From contig NC_087436.1 of assembly GCF_036321535.1 (NCBI RefSeq), forward strand, positions 9,424,001 to 9,488,000: 64,000 nt of DNA, written 5' to 3'. The notes under the pieces are model-generated. The model saw only the letters and a program-made list of their open reading frames with translations, searched no databases and was not told the origin of the DNA. This DNA comes from Camelus dromedarius. Lineage: Eukaryota. The translations under genes were made by a program, and so were the position numbers. Positions 28,651 through 41,900 of the stretch are shown here, in pieces (position 1 is the stretch's first letter; each line of letters opens with the position of its first letter).

Positions 28651-31479
28651 CTTCTTGCTAGATTGCTATGTTTTTATTTTCACACAATTACTGGTTTTAT
28701 GAAAAAAGTTGTTATCTTTGATTATTTCCTGGGTAGAAAATTCTATCACTGGTGAAATTCTTAGCAATCTCTCAGCAATATCAAGGCTACGGCACGCGAG
28801 GGACTTTGTATATTCCATCTAACACCAGCGGTGAGGTCCTCGGTACCATTCAGCCAGTGAGTGTTAACTTAATAATCTCGCCTTGGAGTCTGCTTCCCTG
28901 ATCCACACTTGGTGAGAAAATGAGGTTGGATTTCTTAGAAGCAGTGTATTTTTTTTGTGAGTGCTCTCAGAAGAGCAGTGAGGGACATAGAGTAATATCA
29001 GGGGAGAAGAGCTAAGCAAAACTGGGATCTCAGTTGGAGACTTTCTTCCCACTTCAAGACTCTGGAGCACAAAATGCAGCATGGACTTAATCTCACCTTG
29101 AGGCCAGGGAGCTGGCTTATTAAGCCCATGCCAGCTACTCACTGACTGAGGTCAGAGGAGATGTGATGGTGGGGTTGGTCTGGGTGTGGCGGAGAACGGC
29201 CTCCAGGGAGGACTAGCGCCTGCTTGGCTGAGGGAATGTCTCCAGAGAAAGGGTCAACGAAGGATAAAGCATCTGGTTCTTGTATAAAAGCCCAGGCCTG
29301 ATTTTTCAGGCGTGACTGTACAAAATGACAAAGGTTTTCCCTGAGAGGCCTCATGGGAGAAAGCTGCCCTCCAAACACCAGACTCAAACCATCGTGGTAA
29401 GTGATCGAAGGCTTGACTGTCCTGGCTTATCAGCTTAATGGCCTGTTTTGACAGCTGTCAGCTCTCTCCAGCTCAGCTGAGTTCCTGCCGGTGGGTAGGT
29501 CCACCAGCAGCTAAGTGGATCTGAGGAAGTGTCTGGGAGCATCTACACTGCCATTTTTTGTTGTGTTTGTTCACTCTGATTGACGCATCATGTTTGAGAT
29601 GACTGTTTCTTTTCTCTTCCTGCATTCCAGCATCTCCACTTTTACATGTTAAGTAATTCTAAGGTATATTACTCTCTTTTATCTTAGGATATTTTCATAA
29701 TTCTATTTGGTTCATTTAAAAGTATGAGATTCTAGGTTCTTTGCTTTGGAGCATGAATTTTTAAGGCCTTTTTTCTTCTTTTTGGAAATGTTTATCTTCT
29801 TTTTCATCAACTTTTTATTTTCTTTATAACCTTGTTTAGAATTCAAGAACAGTTCTTCTTTTAATTATTATTGCACATTTTGACAGGGAATAAATGTATC
29901 TTGTTTTAAAACGCAGGGCTGCTGGAGTAACTTCTCGAGCATCACCATCTTCTCTTCTGTGATTGACATGGACTGTAAGAAAATATGGCACCTGTTGTCT
30001 GAAGTCTCCTTGCTCTGTCTCCCTCCCCATGACTTCTGCATGAATCTTCTCTGTTCTGAACTCCTGTTACCCCTGTACTGCTCAATGTGAATTCTCCTCT
30101 TCACTGTCTCTACTCAATAGGAGTCCAGGAAAGGAGATTTGTTGGTTTGTTACAAGAGGCCATGTGATGAAGGTTTCTCAAGATTCTACAGAATACACCA
30201 CCTACGAGTTGATGTGTGCAGTAAGCTCTTCCCCCTTGCAGCTGCTTGTGACAGAGCGTCTTGCCCCAATTCCAGTGAGTGCTGGTTGGTTATTTTTTTA
30301 AGTTTTCTGTTTTTAGATTCCCTGTTCCTTATCTCAGCTTTCTTCCAAATGGATGCTTATATCGTGCAGATCTTGTAGCTCTCGGTGGTTTGTCTTCACT
30401 TTTAGGGGTTCTGAGGAATCCGCATCACTTCTCTTTACTGTAGATGTCTTTAAAGTTTTCATTTCACTATCCCAGCAACTCTGTCAACTTTAACAGAGAG
30501 TTTGGAGAGATTTTAAAACACTGCATTTCCCCCAGAATTCCTCTTACCTTCTTATTTAAGCCCCGAGAGTTTTAAAAAATTTTTTTCATATTAGTTGTGA
30601 GGCCAATGTCTGTAATTGAACTATCTGAAATTAGAAATCATTATTTACCACTGGTGTAAGCCTGGAACTGTACAGACACTAAGTGCATACACTCCTGAAC
30701 AAGATTGATACACGGACCTGAAGTGTCTGTATCCTGTTTAGTTGAGTTTATGCTTTATGAAAATGTAGTCATTCTCTAGCTTTCATCCCAATTCTAGCCC
30801 ATCTCCATGCACATTTCTTTGAGAACTAATAAATTACTTTTTATTCCCCAAATGTCCCCCCAATCTCTCGTATCGTCAGACCTTAGCTTATGCTGCTCCC
30901 TCTGTCTGAAGAATCCTGCCCTGGTCTCTCTTTTTTTCTAAGATTTCCAGAATCCAGCAAATAAATATATTTTAGTGTAAGAAGGTTCCATGCAATATTT
31001 TGAATAAATATATTCTAAAAATATATTTGTATTTGTCTGAAATTCTAATTTAACAGAGCATCTTGTACTGTTATTTGCTAAATCTGCCAAGCTTTCTCTC
31101 TTTTCTACCATTGAAAACGCATTAAAGACTCAGGTAGAGATCACCGACTCTAAACAAAAAGACCTTCCCTAAATCTTAAGCTTGAGATACAGATCTGTTT
31201 TGTATATGACTTATACACTAAATATATATCCAGACATACAGGGAATATTTACTGGATGAATCTAAGTATGCTTAAATAGGCATATGCAAATTTTTTAAAT
31301 TCAAGATTTTGAATATATGGCCATAAATTTAATAAAAAGATAATGTAGTGAGGTCACATATACTATTTTATAAACATGGGCTTTAACCTAATTTTAAATA
31401 AAGTTTTAAAAATGACCATATTTACTCTTTTTTTCCCGAAAGTATTGATGGTTTTATTGTCCAAAACCCATAAATATCA

Positions 31480-31953
31480 TTTTTAATTGAAGTATAGTGA
31501 GTTACAATTTCTAGTGTACAGCATAATGCCCCAGTCATACATGTACATACATATATTCATTTACATTAAAGGTTATTATAAGATATTGAATATAGTTCCC
31601 TGTGCTAGAAAGAAGAAATTCATTTTTTTAATCTATTTATATATGTAGTAGTTAATATTTGCAAATCTCAAACTCCCAAATTGATCTCTTCCCACCCCCT
31701 TTCCTCCAGTAACCACCATAAGATTGTTTACTATGTTTGTGAGTCTGTTTCTGTTTTATAGATGAGTTCATTAGTGTCCTCTTTTTTTTTTTTTTTGTAA
31801 GATTCCACATATGAGTGATCTAATGTGGTATTTTTCTTTCTATTTCTGGCTTACTTCACTTAGAATGACGATCTTTGGGTCCAGCCATGTTACTGCAAAT
31901 GGCATTTTGTTATTCTTATTTATGGCTGAGTAGTATTCCATTGTATAAATATA
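31480..31953 (-). mobile_element. LINE-1 3' end
   Basis: 'ttttaattgaagtatagt..agttacaat', 'agattccacatatgagtgat' and 'ttatggctgagtagtattccattgtata'. Confidence 0.88.
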
Positions 31954-33924
31954 GTCATATGCATTTTAGTTGAAAAATAAAAGCTAAGAAAAATCAAATT
32001 CCTTTGAATGTTGGGAGGAAAAGCAAAGGTTACTCTCAAGTCACTCTTTAATTCTGTTTTCCAATCACTTTTTCTTAGTGAATAAAGCCCTGAGCTGAGT
32101 AGTGTCATGAGAAGTTGTTACATGATAACCATCTGTGGAATAAAGTATCTTGATTGTATCCAAGCTGCAAGATATGTTTAAGGAAGAAACAACAGTGATA
32201 TAAATCCTCCCAAAATGTTTCTGAGTTTGATTTCCACTTAATCTTGAATTGGAAATTTAAAAAGACAAAACAAAACAAAATCTTGGTTTTAGAGGAAGAT
32301 TGCTCTAATGTTGAAAAAGAATCCCTTAGTACCAGAATGTTACCACCCATTCTGCATGGGGAAAAATGAAATCGTCAAACAATGAAACCACCAAGAGAAC
32401 TATGCTGACCAGGCATGGTCTCTCTATGCAGGACAAACTGCTGCCTCAGGTAGGAATTTTTGGAAGCATGGAGGTCAGAGATTGATGGTCTTTCCAAACC
32501 ATACGTAAGGTGACATTAGCTGTCAGAATATGGTTACTCTGATTAAATTGTTAATTGGTTGGCCCTTAGAGGGGTGTTATGGAAGTGAGTCTGTTTCTAA
32601 TTATTTGACTGAAGTAAAATGCTGTCACTGATGGGTGTACTTGTTTAAAAAAAAAAGTCATTAATCAATTGATCAGATTAAAATCCAATTTGGGTAACTA
32701 CTTGATAAATAGTTACAGAATAATTAGTCTTTTCTTAGGTCTGCTGTAAAATTTTATTGTTTCCCCTTTCAGTTTTCACACAGCCAAAGCTGCAGGAGAC
32801 ATCATCAAGGATTGTCCGTTTCTTAACCACAGTTGTTGAAATGAGGCTTCATTTGCCAATAAATATTTTTCAGTTTCAGCATCGGTCAGCTTGATTTCAC
32901 CTTGGTTTGGTCTGTAAGTCACTTTTTTGAGTCATCTATTGAGAAAATGTTTATCCAGAAGCATTTAAGATTTTGGACAACAAACATGAAAGAACTCTAA
33001 GGAAAACAAGCATAACTACAATTATAAGAAAAGAGTAAAAGATTCTTGAACAATGACCCCAAATTGTCCTTGTCTGACAGAAAAGGCAAGTACCATAGAT
33101 GTCCTGTCTTATATATCCAGGCTTCCATTCCTCTAACTTACATATAGATTATTTCACATTACTGCTTTATGTGAATTATTCACGGTGGTAGGCTCTCCTT
33201 TGGACAACAGAAGGACAAACCAAGACGGATCTGTTGTTCACAGCTACTTACATTAAGAAATTCAAATGATTTGTGCTGCCCTAGAACCTGGGCTGCATTG
33301 TTCGCTACGTCAGCCAAAGTGATGGACGAGTTCTAGATGACCACTTTGAGTTCTCCCACTCTCACTAATGGACTTAATATCATTAGATGTTTGTTCCACT
33401 GACTGTTACTTGTATTCTTAGCAAGGGAGATGATCGTTCAGATCCTTGCAATGAGACATCTTCTTAGGGTACTAGAAGATACCCTTGAGATAGTGTACTG
33501 GCCACCCCAAACAATTAGCCCTGGTTCTGAGTTTGTCATTGAAAAGTCTGCTTTCCTTATAGGAAAGAAAACACAGAAGATGAAAAGGGTATATGACCAT
33601 TTTTAGTGCAGCTATGGTATTTTATTCCTGGAAACTGTCACGACAATCATTAGTATATTCTTTTTCATTTATGTATCATCTACCATAAATATTTTCATTG
33701 CTAATGTTAGTGTAACTTTCTTCCAATTTATAGGAATACCTGTGGCTTTTAAAAGGCTCAATCTTTGGAGGAATTTACCTACTATAAAAGAAACACCATG
33801 AACAACAGTTAAATGCACTTACTTCACATTTGTTGGTGGATTGATGATTTAAAGTTGGTGGGTTTTACATTATTGAATAAACTCTTGCAAACCTCATTCT
33901 CGAAAAGAAAAATGGGAGTTAGTT

Positions 33925-34648
33925 ATAAGTCTGGATTCAATCAGGATACAGTGCCACTTAGATGTTTAAACAGGGAAAGTTTACTATAAATAATTATTCA
34001 TCTGTAGAATAGGAGACTAACTGTAAGGATGGATATTATAAAGTCTCCTAGGACTAAAGCAGAACACACGAGGAAGGACAAATTGCAGAAGAGAGCTCCA
34101 TCAGGATGGGATTCTGACCTCGCTGGAGAAGGTATAGATGTAGCCCAGGAGATGGCTGGTAAGATTTCTGGGGCTAGAGTGGGTTCACAGTCACCGCGCT
34201 AGAAGGAAACAGTCCCTGGAGTATAGGTGAGTCAAGACTCGTGTACAGAAACAGAGTATCAGAGCACTGCAGTGAGAGTCCTGGAGTGCAAGATGTCTGT
34301 GTTGGAAGTGATCATTGTAACTGGAGAGTAATTGTAATTGGAGGTGTAATTGGCAAGACAGTCATTGTAACTAGGCTGAGATGTAACATCGCCAAGTGCC
34401 TGGACGCAGAACACCCCTGGATGTCCCACAGGAGCACTGCTGATGGACTGGGCAGCAGGACCAAGAAAAAAAACCAAAACAGGAATTGAAGTAAGAAACT
34501 GTTTCACCTGCAATGTCCCTTTGGCGCCCTCTACTGTACAAAGCACAGCATCAGGCTCACTGAGTAGCGGAAACGCTGAGGCAAGTCCATTTTCACAGAG
34601 CAGATAATGAAGGGAGAACTGGAGCTGAGAGACAGTAAGTTGGTAACA
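33925..34648. mobile_element. Old LTR-like element
   Basis: 'gattcaatcagga', a purine-rich body, and the end 'gaactggagctgagagacagtaagttggtaaca'. Family not assigned. Confidence 0.4.
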
Positions 34649-34739
34649 AGCATAGGCAGGAACCAATAAAATCTATTCATGTAAATTAAAGACATTTTAA
34701 GTTAATACAAAGCAAATTATTTAAAAAAACTTTTTATGA

Positions 34740-35520
34740 AAAATTGCAATAAATAGTTTGTTAGTCAAAAAAAGGTAAAGAATTTTAAATACATAAAAGG
34801 AAAAGAAACAAGTTACAGATATTTAAAAATAAAAAAACTAATTATACATGATTTTATGATTATAAAACTGGAAAATGCAAACAAATTATTACAATTAAGA
34901 AGAGTCCAGCAAGTTTTCTAAATTTAAGATCAATATACACAAATCTATTATCTTTCAATAAACCAGCAAATATAGAGAGTCTGGAATTTTTACAGAACAG
35001 AATTTTAAAAACGTAGTATCTGACAAAGCTGTGAAATATTTTCTATAACAAAGTCACACAACATTAAAGAATGTTTTAAAAGAAATATAATTCAATGGAA
35101 ACCTATATCATAGTCATATACAAATACTATCCCTGAAATATCAGTACTCTTTTCAAAGTATTTTATAATTTAAATTCATTTAAAATAAAATTACTAAAGG
35201 TTTTTCATAGACCCAGATTATAAAATACCTATGGAAAAAAAAAAAACTAGTTGCACAGAAGAGCCAAGGGGATTGTAAAGAAGAACAAGGTAGAAAATTG
35301 CTAAATCAAATATCAAAACATGAGCATTATTATAACTGAGACATTGTGGGGAATTCCTGCAGAGTTGTTTGTACCAGAAGAAAAGATGAATCAATGAAAC
35401 ACAGCAAATAGCCCAGATCAGAACCCACACGCATATTTGCAACCTGATATCTGGCATGTCATTACTTATCAGCTGGGCAAGTGAATGGTATTTCTGCTTT
35501 CACGGATGATCTGTATGAGG
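34740..35520 (+). mobile_element. Very old LINE-1 ORF2 fragment
   Basis: 'aagatcaatatacacaaatc', 'gatgaatcaatgaaacacag' and 'cccagatcagaacccacac'. Confidence 0.6.
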
Positions 35521-36327
35521 CAAAAAAGATGAGACTGAATGATGAACATTGCTTTATTGTCCTCTGCCTTGTTATGCTGTAATGACAAGTCAGAGACCTA
35601 CCTCTTCCTTCCGTGGGGGCTGCATTCTTCCGTCAGTGATGTTTAAATTCGCTTTCTTCCTGTAGAAGTTGTCTGAGGCTTCTGTGAGTGACTTGAAACT
35701 CACAAGCCCATCTGTGGTTGTGATTTTTCATCTAGTTTGTCACCGGGGGAGCCCTTCACCAACCATGGATATTTTTCCTTGGCTCTGAGAAAGCTGACAG
35801 CACTGTTACTTTATTTTTCCCATTCCATTTTCTCTGTTGCTATTTTTTGGGACTTTTAGTGGAAAATCATTACACTTTCTGGATTCAACTTCCCTTTTTG
35901 ATACATTCTCTTTCCTATTCTTTTGTTGATGTTTCGTCTCCCTCCTGTGATGCCACACACGCCGCTTCACTGATGGTCTTATCATTCATGCTTTTTAGAA
36001 TGGCCTCAGTTTCTTCCTTGTTCTTTAACTGTTCTGTTTTTGATCATTTTGGCCTGAGTTATCATTCAAATTTCTCTGATAAAATATGTAACTTAATTTC
36101 CTATTCTACTGTCTTTGTTGATTAAGCAATTATCTATTTAGTGACCACAATTGTCCAGACACCCTTCTAGGACCTCAGGATACGTTCGTACAAATTGAAA
36201 TGGCCCCTCTCCTCATGAAACGTAATCTAAATTCCTGAAGGACATCTGCTACTTCCAGGGTCAATTTCTCAACTTGTTTATCTTTGTCCTCCTCTTCTGT
36301 GCTCTTTGGTTTATTCAGTTTTCAAGT

Positions 36328-36810
36328 TATTACCAAACCAAACTTGAATTTGTTCACCAGATGCACAGCAAAGCCAATCTATTGAACACCGAATTGTGAA
36401 ACACAGTATTTATTGCAAATCCAGGTAAGGAGAAAGGCAGCTTATGCTCAAAGGACTCAAACTCCCTGATGGATTTTGGGGAAGGGCTTTTAAGACAGTG
36501 TGAGGGAGAGGGTCACGGGGTGCATGATCAGCTGATGATGGATTCTCTGGTTGGTTGATATTGGGTAACAGGGTGATGTTTCAGGAATATCAACCATCAA
36601 CCTTCTGGTTCCAACCGGTCCAGGAGCTCTGTGCTCATAGTCATCATGCAGTTAACATCTTCCACCTGGTGGGAGTTGTCTCTGCAAAACAGCTGTAGGA
36701 CATGGCTCAGAATATTACCTACAGCCCTCGAAGAGGAAATAAAGGTCCTTGCTTTTTTTTTTTAATGGATAAACTGTTATTATTTTGTCTTGCTTGACTT
36801 TGTTCATTAA
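36328..36810 (-). mobile_element. LTR fragment (ERV1-like)
   Basis: Left end 'tattaccaaaccaaacttg' (TGTTACC-like), minus-strand AATAAA near 36409-36414, and 'ttatgctcaaaggactcaaactccctgatgg'. Confidence 0.65.
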
Positions 36811-37180
36811 ACAGGAGTCTGTTTCCCACAGCCCTCCTGTAAGCTCCACTGGTTTTCAAACCAGCAAAGGGGGCTCGTCTTCTGGCACTGGTCCCCAGGG
36901 CGGGGGTGCCCAAGGCAGGACTTGAGGAATCTCTGAGCTTGTGGTATCCCCTCCTGCTCTGGCTCGCCCACTGGCGAGGACACGTGAGTCCTAACTAGAT
37001 TGCTTTTCTTCCTTCCTACTTGTCTCAGTGCATTTTTCTGTTTACACCCTGGGTTGTGGAAGAGCATTTCTGCCAGTCTTCCGGTCATTTTCAGAGAGAG
37101 TCTTTCTGTATGTGGTCGTAGTGCCTTCATGAAGGGAGGGGAGTTCAGCGCCTTCCTCCCACACCATCTTGAGCCTGCCT
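36811..37180 (-). mobile_element. Isolated LINE-1 5'UTR head
   Basis: The minus strand begins 'ctcaagatggtgtgggaggaaggcgctgaactcccctccc' and is colinear with the L1 head at 41188 ('accaagatggcagagcaggaaaatcctcagctcacctcctccc'; shared 'tggctttgaaagccagtggggctt'). Confidence 0.75.
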
Positions 37181-37809
37181 TGCACATCAGCTATTTACTT
37201 TGGAATGTGTGAACTGAAATGCTAACAGTGAGGTTTGTGCTTTATGTAACTTTCCCCAGTGAATAGACCACAGTGGCCAGAATTTGAACAGCACTACTGG
37301 GGACCTGATATTATTTAACTAAACCACAGCAACTAAAATCTGTGCATATCAGAATGATGCAGTGTGAGAACTACCAGTATATTATTTTTTTGAACTTAAA
37401 GAATATTTCTAAAATTATTTTATTTAAAAAAGGGAGAAATATAGGGTAAAAAAATGACCAGTACATAGGAAAAAAAAGAATATTCTATATAATTTTCTTA
37501 TGGGGGAAACCACAACTTGTTTTTGTGGTGCATACATGAGTAAGACAGTGTCTGTAAAAGTTTTGTTTTGGAATGGTATGACGTTTTTGGCTGGTGGCGA
37601 AAATATGAAGGAGGTAGCTGAGTTTTCTTATGAAATACAGAGTAATGAGACAATTTAAAAATTCTATATCCAGGATTGTCTTCATAATTGGCAAGATGCA
37701 GTTCAGAATAAACGTGCATGACCCCATGTTCAAAATTAAGAATTTCAGGTCAGGAACAGCAGGGAGTTAAGGAAGCACATGCTCCTGCTGAGTGTGGTGA
37801 TCTGTGAGA

Positions 37810-37825
37810 CCGCCAGGTGACAGCA
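37810..37825 (+). promoter_or_regulatory. CTCF-like motif
   Basis: CCGCCAGGTGACAGCA. Motif only. Confidence 0.4.
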
Positions 37826-38878
37826 CGTGAAGCCCACCTTGTATGTAACAGTGTAGGTTCGTGTATCATTAGGCGGCTTGTTGGTACATTTTCAGCAGCT
37901 GGGCAATCTGGTTTCAAACCAGTTGTCTTGCTGTGATTATTCATACTACAACTTTTCACTCTTAAAATCATCCAGTTTAGATTCTGAATTCCACAGTCAC
38001 TCTGATTACAAGCAAAGATGTTAAAGCCAACATACTCTTGGAAAAAAAATGACTGGTTTATGATTTTTTTAATGACCGATATTGATATTGATGGCTCAGA
38101 GATATAAGGGCATTTCTGGTCTCCTAATGAATCTACTATGCAGGAAAGACAGCTGGAAAGGAAGCGATGAGGTAGGGAGAGGGAGGGCTTTTTGTCCTGG
38201 ATTACAGCCCTAGCTCACTCTGGAGGGTGGGAAAAGGAGGGCCAGTGACCCCCAGTGTAAAGAATATTGTGTCTCTTAAACTCCTTTTTCTCAGATTTTT
38301 CCTCACAAACCAAGAGACATTAAAATTGTTGATAAACAATGAATAACAAATAAGTAGATTTCTCTCTATATATTGACATATACTCATAGATATTGAATAT
38401 CTATATCTCTATTATATATAAATACAAATGTATATATGTATATATAAAATACATTATATAAAATATAGTTAGAGATATATATTTGGATAGGTTATATGTT
38501 AATATTATATATCATATATTATATGTAGACAGAGCTATGTTATTTATTTATATGTGCATTATATATAACAAGTATATAGATATAAATTAGGATAGGTTAT
38601 AGATTATATATCATATATTACATATGATATATAGACAGAGCTATGTTGTTTATATATATGTGCGTTATATATAATATATGTATATATTTTTGTATGTATG
38701 TATTTTAGTGTAACAAACTTATTTGTCTCATTATTTTATTTGCTCTAAGAATTACATGTTAGGATTGTGACCTAACATTTAATTTTTTTAAAAATTTGCT
38801 TTTCTAAATTCCCCTTGATGATTAACATAAAAAAAAAAGTGAGCGAAGTGAAACTCTTTATATTATTTCTTTGTATAA

Positions 38879-38894
38879 CCACACGGTGGCAGCA
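38879..38894 (+). promoter_or_regulatory. CTCF-like motif
   Basis: CCACACGGTGGCAGCA, a short GC-rich island in AT-rich flanks. Motif only. Confidence 0.4.
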
Positions 38895-39059
38895 AAGGAC
38901 AAGAGCACATGCCTAGAGCCACCACGCTGTTTATAATGGAAAAACTGAAACTTCCAAACACTATTCTATAGAACAAATTCACACTTAAGTACAGGCCTAT
39001 AGTACAAAAATAATTTATATTGTATAGATTTTATAAAATATTAACTGTTGAAATTCAAA

Positions 39060-39575
39060 TTGTTTTATTGTAGTTCATTTACAATGTTGTGTTAATTTCA
39101 GGTGTACAGCAAAGTGATTCAGTTATATTTTTTTCCGATTGCATTCCATTATAGGTTTTTACAAAGTATTGAATATGAAACTCTGTTCTATACAGTAAGT
39201 CCTTGTCACTTGTCTATTTCATGTATAGTTGTTTGCATCTGTTAATCCCGTCCCTCTAATTTGTCCCTCCCTCTCCCTCTCCCCTTTGGTGGCCACAGTT
39301 TGTTTTCTGTCTGTGAGTCTGTTTCTGTTCTGCATATACATTCATTTGTATTAATTTTTAGATTTCACATATAAGTGATATCATATAATAGGTCTTTCAC
39401 TGTCTGACTTACTTCATTTACTATTCTCTAGGTCCCTCCATGTTGCTGCAAATGGCAATATTTCATTCTTTTCTATGGCTGAGTACTATTCCATTGCATA
39501 TATGTACCACATCTTCCTCAGCCAATCATCTGTTGATGGGCATTTGGGTTGTTTCTGTATTGGCTATGGTGAAAC
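39060..39575 (-). mobile_element. LINE-1 3' end
   Basis: 'atttacaatgttgtgttaatttcaggtgtacagcaaagtgattcagttat', 'tttttagatttcacatataagtgatatcata'. Confidence 0.88.
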
Positions 39576-40124
39576 TTCTTATTATTTATCATTCTAATGG
39601 GTCAATAAGGTAGCTGTCAGTGGTGACCGTGTTGACCTTACAAGTCACTTTAGCCATCCATTTGGACTTGTACTTCAAAAGTAGCTCCCATATTCTTAGC
39701 CATTCATCCCATTGATTTCAACTTTTCTCTAACACATAATGTATTTTCCTTCAGTTACTATTATTGTAGTTATGAACATAAAGTTTCTCTCTTGAGATAT
39801 ATATAGATAGATAAATCTCTGTATATGTGTACTGTGTACATATATAATAAATGTTCTCTTCTTATTTGTGATGACTTTCATTATTACTTTTAAAATACAT
39901 TTTATTCCTTTCAATGTAGTGTATTCTATAAATGCAAAACACTGTGTCTGTAAGCCAGATTCAAGAACTTCTGGCCCCTGCCAGTGGTTGAAATTACAGC
40001 TGCCCTGCTCTGTAAAATTGGTGATAGGATAATAGGGCTAGTGTCCAACCACTGGAAAATCCACATCTGAAAAATTCCACTCTTCAACTACTGAGAAAAA
40101 TTGCCTCTAACTATTTTCTGGCCA

Positions 40125-40271
40125 GGGGAGGGTGTAGCTTAAATGGTTCAGGGTCCTGGGTTCAATCCCCAGTATCTCCCCTAAAAATAAATAAATAAAC
40201 CTAGATACCACCCAAAAAAAAAAAAGACCTAAATAAAAAATAAAAGGAGACATAAAGATTAAAAAAAAAAA
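40125..40271 (+). mobile_element. tRNA-derived SINE (same family), internally deleted
   Basis: ggggagggtgtagcttaaatggt..ggtcctgggttcaatccccag followed by an A-rich tail. About 20 nt between the A and B boxes are missing relative to the 47303 copy. Confidence 0.85.
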
Positions 40272-40273
40272 CT

Positions 40274-40803
40274 TGTGAGGATCTATTTAATTTGGGGTTA
40301 ATTTGGTAGTAAGAGACTGACTATAAACAGACAAAGGCCAAACCATATATACAAAGACAATTCTGACCTGCAACTTGCAGAAACCTGCCCAGGAACCCAA
40401 CAGCTCACTATAGTAAACAGCGCAGAAAGTCTTTTGACTGTAGGTCAGATCTGTAGGAAGTCAGACTGCTATCTCTAGTGACAATGCAGGAAGCTAAACA
40501 ATCATTCCTGTGACAATTGGGCCGAATGGCCAGGACCTGCTTAATAACTAACAGCTTCTCTAACTTTGATTCCCATTCTCAACCTAGAGAAAGCCAATAA
40601 CGCACTTGTAACCAGTCACATGGGACGTTCTGCTTCTCAGCAGCCAATGGCCTCCAGTCAGGCACACTTGACCCTTCCTTTGTTCTGCTATATAGCTTTT
40701 CCACTCCTCTGCCTGCCTTTGAGTCTCTGCCAGCTTGCAAGTGACAGTGAGTCAGTCCCTTGCTACAGCAGGTTTATTTGACTGTCCTTCATTTATTTCC
40801 ACA
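40274..40803 (+). mobile_element. Solo LTR (ERV1-like)
   Basis: TG...CA bounded ~530 bp with repeated 'cccaggaa/gaagtcagact' U3 motifs, a TATA-like 'ctatatagc' near 40688 and the end 'atttatttccaca'. Confidence 0.6.
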
Positions 40804-41900
40804 GTAGAATTTAAATTCATCCAGACCATAATGGCAAAGGAGTCATGAATATGCAAATTTAGCATTCCAGACCCTACAAAAGAAGAGCAAGGGAACACAG
40901 AATTCAGTAGAAATTGATGCCCATTGTCAATTGCAAGAGTCTGCTATTCTCTTTTTGCTTCTCAAGATCCTTAAACACTTTTCGACTAATTATTGCAATC
41001 TAAGATTCTCTCATTGTAAATGACATTAACAGTGAAACTCTGCTCTCATCTCATATAACACAAAAAACCCTTTCCTCAGAGGAAAATGCTGTCACTTTCT
41101 GCCTAAAAAATTGAGACCCAAATCTGTGAGCCATTGTATTAATCTCTGGTTGATATCTATGTCACATGAAAACCATAAAAATAATATGGAGGTGAAGACC
41201 AAGATGGCAGAGCAGGAAAATCCTCAGCTCACCTCCTCCCACGGACACATGAAAACTACAACTACATATAGAACAACTGTCTCTGAGAACAACCTGAAGA
41301 CTAGCAGAACAGATTTTCTACAACTAAGGATGTAAAGAAAAAGCCACATGGAGATGAGTAGGAGGGTCAGAAACATGGTCTAGTCAGAATCTTGACTTCT
41401 GGTGCAGCCACCCACAAGTGGGAGGGCGTCACAACTGTGGAGGACTCCCCAGAGAAGTGAAGGGTCAGACCCCACACTGGGCTCCCCAGCCCAGGGGTCC
41501 TCTATTGGGAATACAAGCCACCATCATATCTGGCTTTGAAAGCCAGTGGGGCTTGCATGCAGGAGAGTCAGGGCTGTGGGAAACCAAGACTCTACACTCG
41601 AAGGACCTACACACAGACTTATTTGCTCCAAGTCCCAGTGCAAAGGCAGCAGCTTGAAAAGTGCCTGAGTCGTACAAGTAGGAGATGCATTGATCTACTT
41701 TAGGTCATGTTTCAGAGGGGCACGGACCTGGGGGATCTTTCTCCAGGGACAGGAATGCTGGTGGACAGCATTTATTTTACTCCCCTTCCACTGAGCTGGC
41801 TTGGATGCTGGCAGACATCATTCTTTTAATCTCCATCAGCCTAAATAAGGGCTGTGTGCCCTGCCCTAGCATTCCCCTGAGGCCCACCCTGCCAAGATCG

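Noticed and set aside
34310..34390. Repeated ATTGTAA(C/T)TGG motifs and the 135-aa ORF over them
   Set aside because: This is a short degenerate repeat inside a probable old LTR, and the ORF has no recognisable homology.
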